A stretch of DNA of 64,000 nucleotides from the sequence record OP595145.1; one strand, written 5' to 3'. This DNA comes from Escherichia phage vB_EcoM_DE16. Position numbers and translations under genes: made by a program. How positions within the stretch are numbered: position 1 is the first letter of the stretch; each line of letters opens with the position of its first letter. The notes under the pieces are model-generated. The model was not told where the DNA came from, did not search any database, and saw nothing but the letters and a program-made list of their open reading frames with translations. Of this stretch, positions 61,663 to 64,000 are shown piece by piece.

Positions 61663-61718
61663 TTGACACAGATCGCCAGTGTGCTAATATTTACCACGTA
61701 GGGCGGCAATGGTGCCGC
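61663..61718 (+). promoter_or_regulatory. promoter plus 5'UTR stem-loop cassette
   Basis: TTGACA, 16 nt, TAATAT; hairpin GGGCGGCA-ATGG-TGCCGC. Confidence 0.5.
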
Positions 61719-61739
61719 TCCCCGAAAAAGGTAAACATT

Positions 61740-61931
61740 ATGAAAACCATCTCCTACCTGGAATCGAATAACATGTTTTTTGCGCCCGTTGATGAAATCA
61801 TCGAAGCATTAAACAACGAGGAAGGGATCAAAGGTTTATCTTATAGCCAACTTTTAGGAATGGTTGCAGCAAATGAAGAGCTTGCTTACTATGTTGAAAA
61901 TTTTGATGAAGCTGTAATCTTTACAAAATAA
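61740..61931 (+). CDS. hypothetical early protein
   Basis: 63 aa. Confidence 0.4.
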   Translation: MKTISYLESNNMFFAPVDEIIEALNNEEGIKGLSYSQLLGMVAANEELAYYVENFDEAVIFTK

Positions 61932-61934
61932 TCC

Positions 61935-61991
61935 TTGATCTAATCTCTTAGATAACTTATATTTAATGCGTAGGGCGGCAATGGTGCCGCC
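61935..61991 (+). promoter_or_regulatory. promoter plus 5'UTR stem-loop cassette
   Basis: TTGATC, 17 nt, TATATT; hairpin GGGCGGCA-ATGG-TGCCGCC. Confidence 0.5.
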
Positions 61992-62009
61992 GATAATGAG
62001 GAAAGTAAA

Positions 62010-62309
62010 ATGGAAACTATCGCTATTGTTACCGTAGAAAAACTGGTTGTTGGTGATGTATTCGCGTTAATGGTGCCTAACAGTAGCAAGCTGGGCGCTT
62101 ATGAAGTGATGGATCATAAAAATGAATCATTTGGCGACGGTTGCACAATGGCGGTAAAATCTTTAAAGGATGGAATCATCCGTCAAGCTAATTGGCACAA
62201 AGGGAATCAAGTCGGATTAATATCAGCTAATTTCTTGCCAGAAGAGCAAACGTTAGACCAACTATCAGGCGGTAAGACGTTAGCCGAACTACTGGAAACA
62301 GCGATCTAA
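62010..62309 (+). CDS. hypothetical early protein
   Basis: 99 aa. Confidence 0.45.
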   Translation: METIAIVTVEKLVVGDVFALMVPNSSKLGAYEVMDHKNESFGDGCTMAVKSLKDGIIRQANWHKGNQVGLISANFLPEEQTLDQLSGGKTLAELLETAI

Positions 62310-62317
62310 TCAACAAA

Positions 62318-62333
62318 GGGGCGGCAACGCCCC
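62318..62333 (+). other. intergenic GC hairpin (second family), no promoter boxes
   Basis: GGGGCG-GCAA-CGCCCC. Confidence 0.4.
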
Positions 62334-62353
62334 ACATCAGAAAGGAAAAGATT

Positions 62354-62590
62354 ATGAGTATTGCAACAGTATTAACCGCCGTTAAAACCGCTGAATCATC
62401 CGGCTTGCATGTTGAGCTTATAGATCAACCAGGTGGCGATCTCCTTGTCCAGGTTTACCCGCCGAAAGTAGGAGATGATTATTATTGGTGCTATTCTGAT
62501 ACGTTCGAACAAGTAGACACGAAAGCGATCACAGCTTTTATTTTAAAAGCCATTGAAGAAAATAACTTTCATCATAACATCAAGCAATAA
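62354..62590 (+). CDS. hypothetical early protein
   Basis: 78 aa. Confidence 0.45.
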   Translation: MSIATVLTAVKTAESSGLHVELIDQPGGDLLVQVYPPKVGDDYYWCYSDTFEQVDTKAITAFILKAIEENNFHHNIKQ

Positions 62591-62599
62591 ACCATAAGC

Positions 62600-62615
62600 G
62601 GGGCGGTAACGCCCC
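62600..62615 (+). other. intergenic GC hairpin (second family), no promoter boxes
   Basis: GGGGCG-GTAA-CGCCCC. Confidence 0.4.
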
Positions 62616-62645
62616 ATTAAACGCAATAGGAAGAGGCTAGAAAGC

Positions 62646-62930
62646 ATGAAAAAGATGATCGCAGTAGTTGCCCTGGTTGTTGGTATTAACGCGCCTGTAA
62701 TGGCTAATGAGTTGCCTGAATCCATCACGTTAACCGATATCAACGCAATAAACCGGATCGGTGTTAATTATCGCCTATGCCTTGCCGCTAAAACTTTCCA
62801 GGATGGCACGACAGAATACCACGGATTCGAGGGTATCCGCTGCGGTGAGCTTGCACGCGACCTTAAGGAAGATCCAGACCTTGAGGCCATACCGATGACC
62901 GTAAACGGTAAAGCCCAGGTAAACCGCTAA
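62646..62930 (+). CDS. secreted protein with signal peptide
   Basis: 94 aa; MKKMIAVVALVVGINAPVMA. Confidence 0.45.
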   Translation: MKKMIAVVALVVGINAPVMANELPESITLTDINAINRIGVNYRLCLAAKTFQDGTTEYHGFEGIRCGELARDLKEDPDLEAIPMTVNGKAQVNR

Positions 62931-62932
62931 CC

Positions 62933-63067
62933 ATGAGAAAGGTAATCATCACAATGGGGATCGTAGTAGCAACGCTGGCGCTTATTCCCTTCCTGGTTGA
63001 ATATGTGCTGATTAATGTTGTCCTGGTAGTCAGTGACCTATTGGAAACGGTTGGCAACTGGTTTTAA
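62933..63067 (+). CDS. small membrane peptide (44 aa), not in supplied ORF track
   Basis: ATG 2 nt after upstream stop; two hydrophobic segments. Confidence 0.3.
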   Translation: MRKVIITMGIVVATLALIPFLVEYVLINVVLVVSDLLETVGNWF

Positions 63068-63075
63068 GATAAATA

Positions 63076-63105
63076 AACAGGGCTTGTTTTTGTCCTGTTT
63101 TTTGT
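63076..63105 (+). terminator. weak terminator-like hairpin
   Basis: AACAGG-(12-nt loop)-CCTGTT then TTTTTTG. Confidence 0.3.
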
Positions 63106-63242
63106 TATACTTATTGAACGGGCGGCACCTGGGAGCAGGTGAAGATAATCACCGGACGACCCCGCTATATATTGATAGCTAACATCTATCAAACAACAAA
63201 ACATCAAAGGAATAAACTATCAAATCTTTACAATCCTACCTA

Positions 63243-63301
63243 TTGACACCGGATCACGCTTACATTATCATTTATCACGTAGGGCGGGAATGTTTCCCGC
63301 C
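63243..63301 (+). promoter_or_regulatory. promoter plus 5'UTR stem-loop cassette
   Basis: TTGACA, 15 nt, CATTAT; hairpin GGGCGGGAA-TGT-TTCCCGCC. Confidence 0.5.
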
Positions 63302-63319
63302 TGATTTAGGAGTCATATC

Positions 63320-63553
63320 ATGATCGAACAAATTAAAAGCACTAAACCAAATGTTAACGGTAATGTTTCTCACTTTATCGGGGATAATGAAAGAGGTACA
63401 CCGTACGCCGCCGTAACCGTTCAACCGAACGGGGATTATTGGTTTACCGTGTACGGATCTTACTCTTTTGGACGTTCGGCACATGATAAGATCTTGCAAG
63501 TGGTTAAGCCTACTGGGAAGAATATCACAGCAGAAAAATTTTATAAAAAATAA
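63320..63553 (+). CDS. hypothetical early protein
   Basis: 77 aa; AGGAG RBS. Confidence 0.45.
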   Translation: MIEQIKSTKPNVNGNVSHFIGDNERGTPYAAVTVQPNGDYWFTVYGSYSFGRSAHDKILQVVKPTGKNITAEKFYKK

Positions 63554-63554
63554 C

Positions 63555-63615
63555 TTGCTTTATAGCTCTTGTTAACTTATAGTTATTGCGTAGGGCGAGC
63601 AATACAGCAAGCCCA
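63555..63615 (+). promoter_or_regulatory. promoter plus degenerate 5'UTR stem-loop cassette
   Basis: TTGCTT, 17 nt, TATAGT; decayed hairpin GGGCGAGCAATACAGCAAGCCC. Confidence 0.35.
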
Positions 63616-63631
63616 CAAAGAGGAAAAGAAG

Positions 63632-64000
63632 ATGAGCAAATCAGCAATTAAAGCAGTTGAAAAAGCGCAAGAAGTGATCGCAACGTCAACCACTGGCGCA
63701 AAGGTTAATCTCGTTGGTTATCTGACAGATGAAACTATCCGTAAAAATTGGCATAATGCTGATTTACTGGCTTGCTTATTGATTAATAGTGTCGCTAATG
63801 CTTTCCAGTGTGAAACAGCCGAGAGCCTGGAGGAAAACTTGTTTGATAATATGGATCAAGCCATTGAAACCTATATACAATCAAACCTGGATAGCTGGAA
63901 CAGTAAAACATGGCCCGACAATTTACGCGATACAACTGATCAACTGATCCGCCTTGCCCTGATGGTTGAACGCGATAACGTTCACAACCGCACAAAGTAA
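63632..64000 (+). CDS. hypothetical early protein
   Basis: Track ORF trimmed to ATG after AGAGGAAAAG; stop at window end. Confidence 0.4.
   Translation: MSKSAIKAVEKAQEVIATSTTGAKVNLVGYLTDETIRKNWHNADLLACLLINSVANAFQCETAESLEENLFDNMDQAIETYIQSNLDSWNSKTWPDNLRDTTDQLIRLALMVERDNVHNRTK

Noticed and set aside
53887-63615. Possible CRISPR array, given the many GC-rich short palindromes
   Set aside because: Repeats are spaced by whole genes (150-600 bp) rather than 25-40 bp spacers, each is tied to a -35/-10 promoter and RBS, the sequences are a variable family rather than identical repeats, and no cas genes are present
1-64000. Prophage or integrative element boundaries (integrase, att sites, host flanks)
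   Set aside because: No integrase, recombinase, repressor/Cro pair or host housekeeping genes recognised; gene content and tight operons indicate a virulent phage segment

Overview
This window reads as one contiguous stretch of a virulent tailed-phage (myovirus-like) genome with no rRNA, tRNA, CRISPR array or integrase, organised in three blocks. (1) 1-11235, plus strand: a late structural module with a baseplate wedge protein, a gpI-like protein, four tail fiber/tailspike genes (beta-helix spike, collagen-like fiber, fiber with BspA-type LRR-like C-terminal repeats) and hairpin terminators. (2) 11300-46267, minus strand: a replication and nucleotide-metabolism module with SSB-like protein, T7 gp5-like family A DNA polymerase, N6-adenine methyltransferase-like protein, T7 gp4-like primase-helicase, four consecutive glycosyltransferase-like genes, a SleB-type endolysin, T4-like anaerobic ribonucleotide reductase NrdD/NrdG and a UvrD-like helicase. 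Embedded in it (about 24.4-34.3 kb) is a Ter-type cluster (TerD, TerD-N/vWA, TelA-like, TerC) together with SprT-like, macro-domain, phosphoribosyltransferase-like and HAD-like proteins. (3) 46382-64000, plus strand: an early, hyperplastic region of about 45 small genes, including an AAA+ ATPase, a NADAR-domain protein and a Cys/His-repeat protein. From 53.9 kb onward nearly every gene sits behind a copy of a conserved cassette: sigma70-like promoter (TTGACA), GC-rich 5'UTR stem-loop (GGGCGGCA-ATGG-TGCCGCC family), RBS and ATG. About 24 copies are present, resembling the PeSL elements described in T4-type phages. Between blocks 2 and 3 (52.4-53.5 kb) lies a noncoding region with iteron-like AT-rich direct repeats, two near-consensus Fur-box palindromes and a GC-rich island ending in a terminator-like hairpin. 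All calls rest on motif recognition by eye; no database search was run. Coordinates of ORFs absent from the supplied track and of regulatory elements may be off by 1-2 nt.
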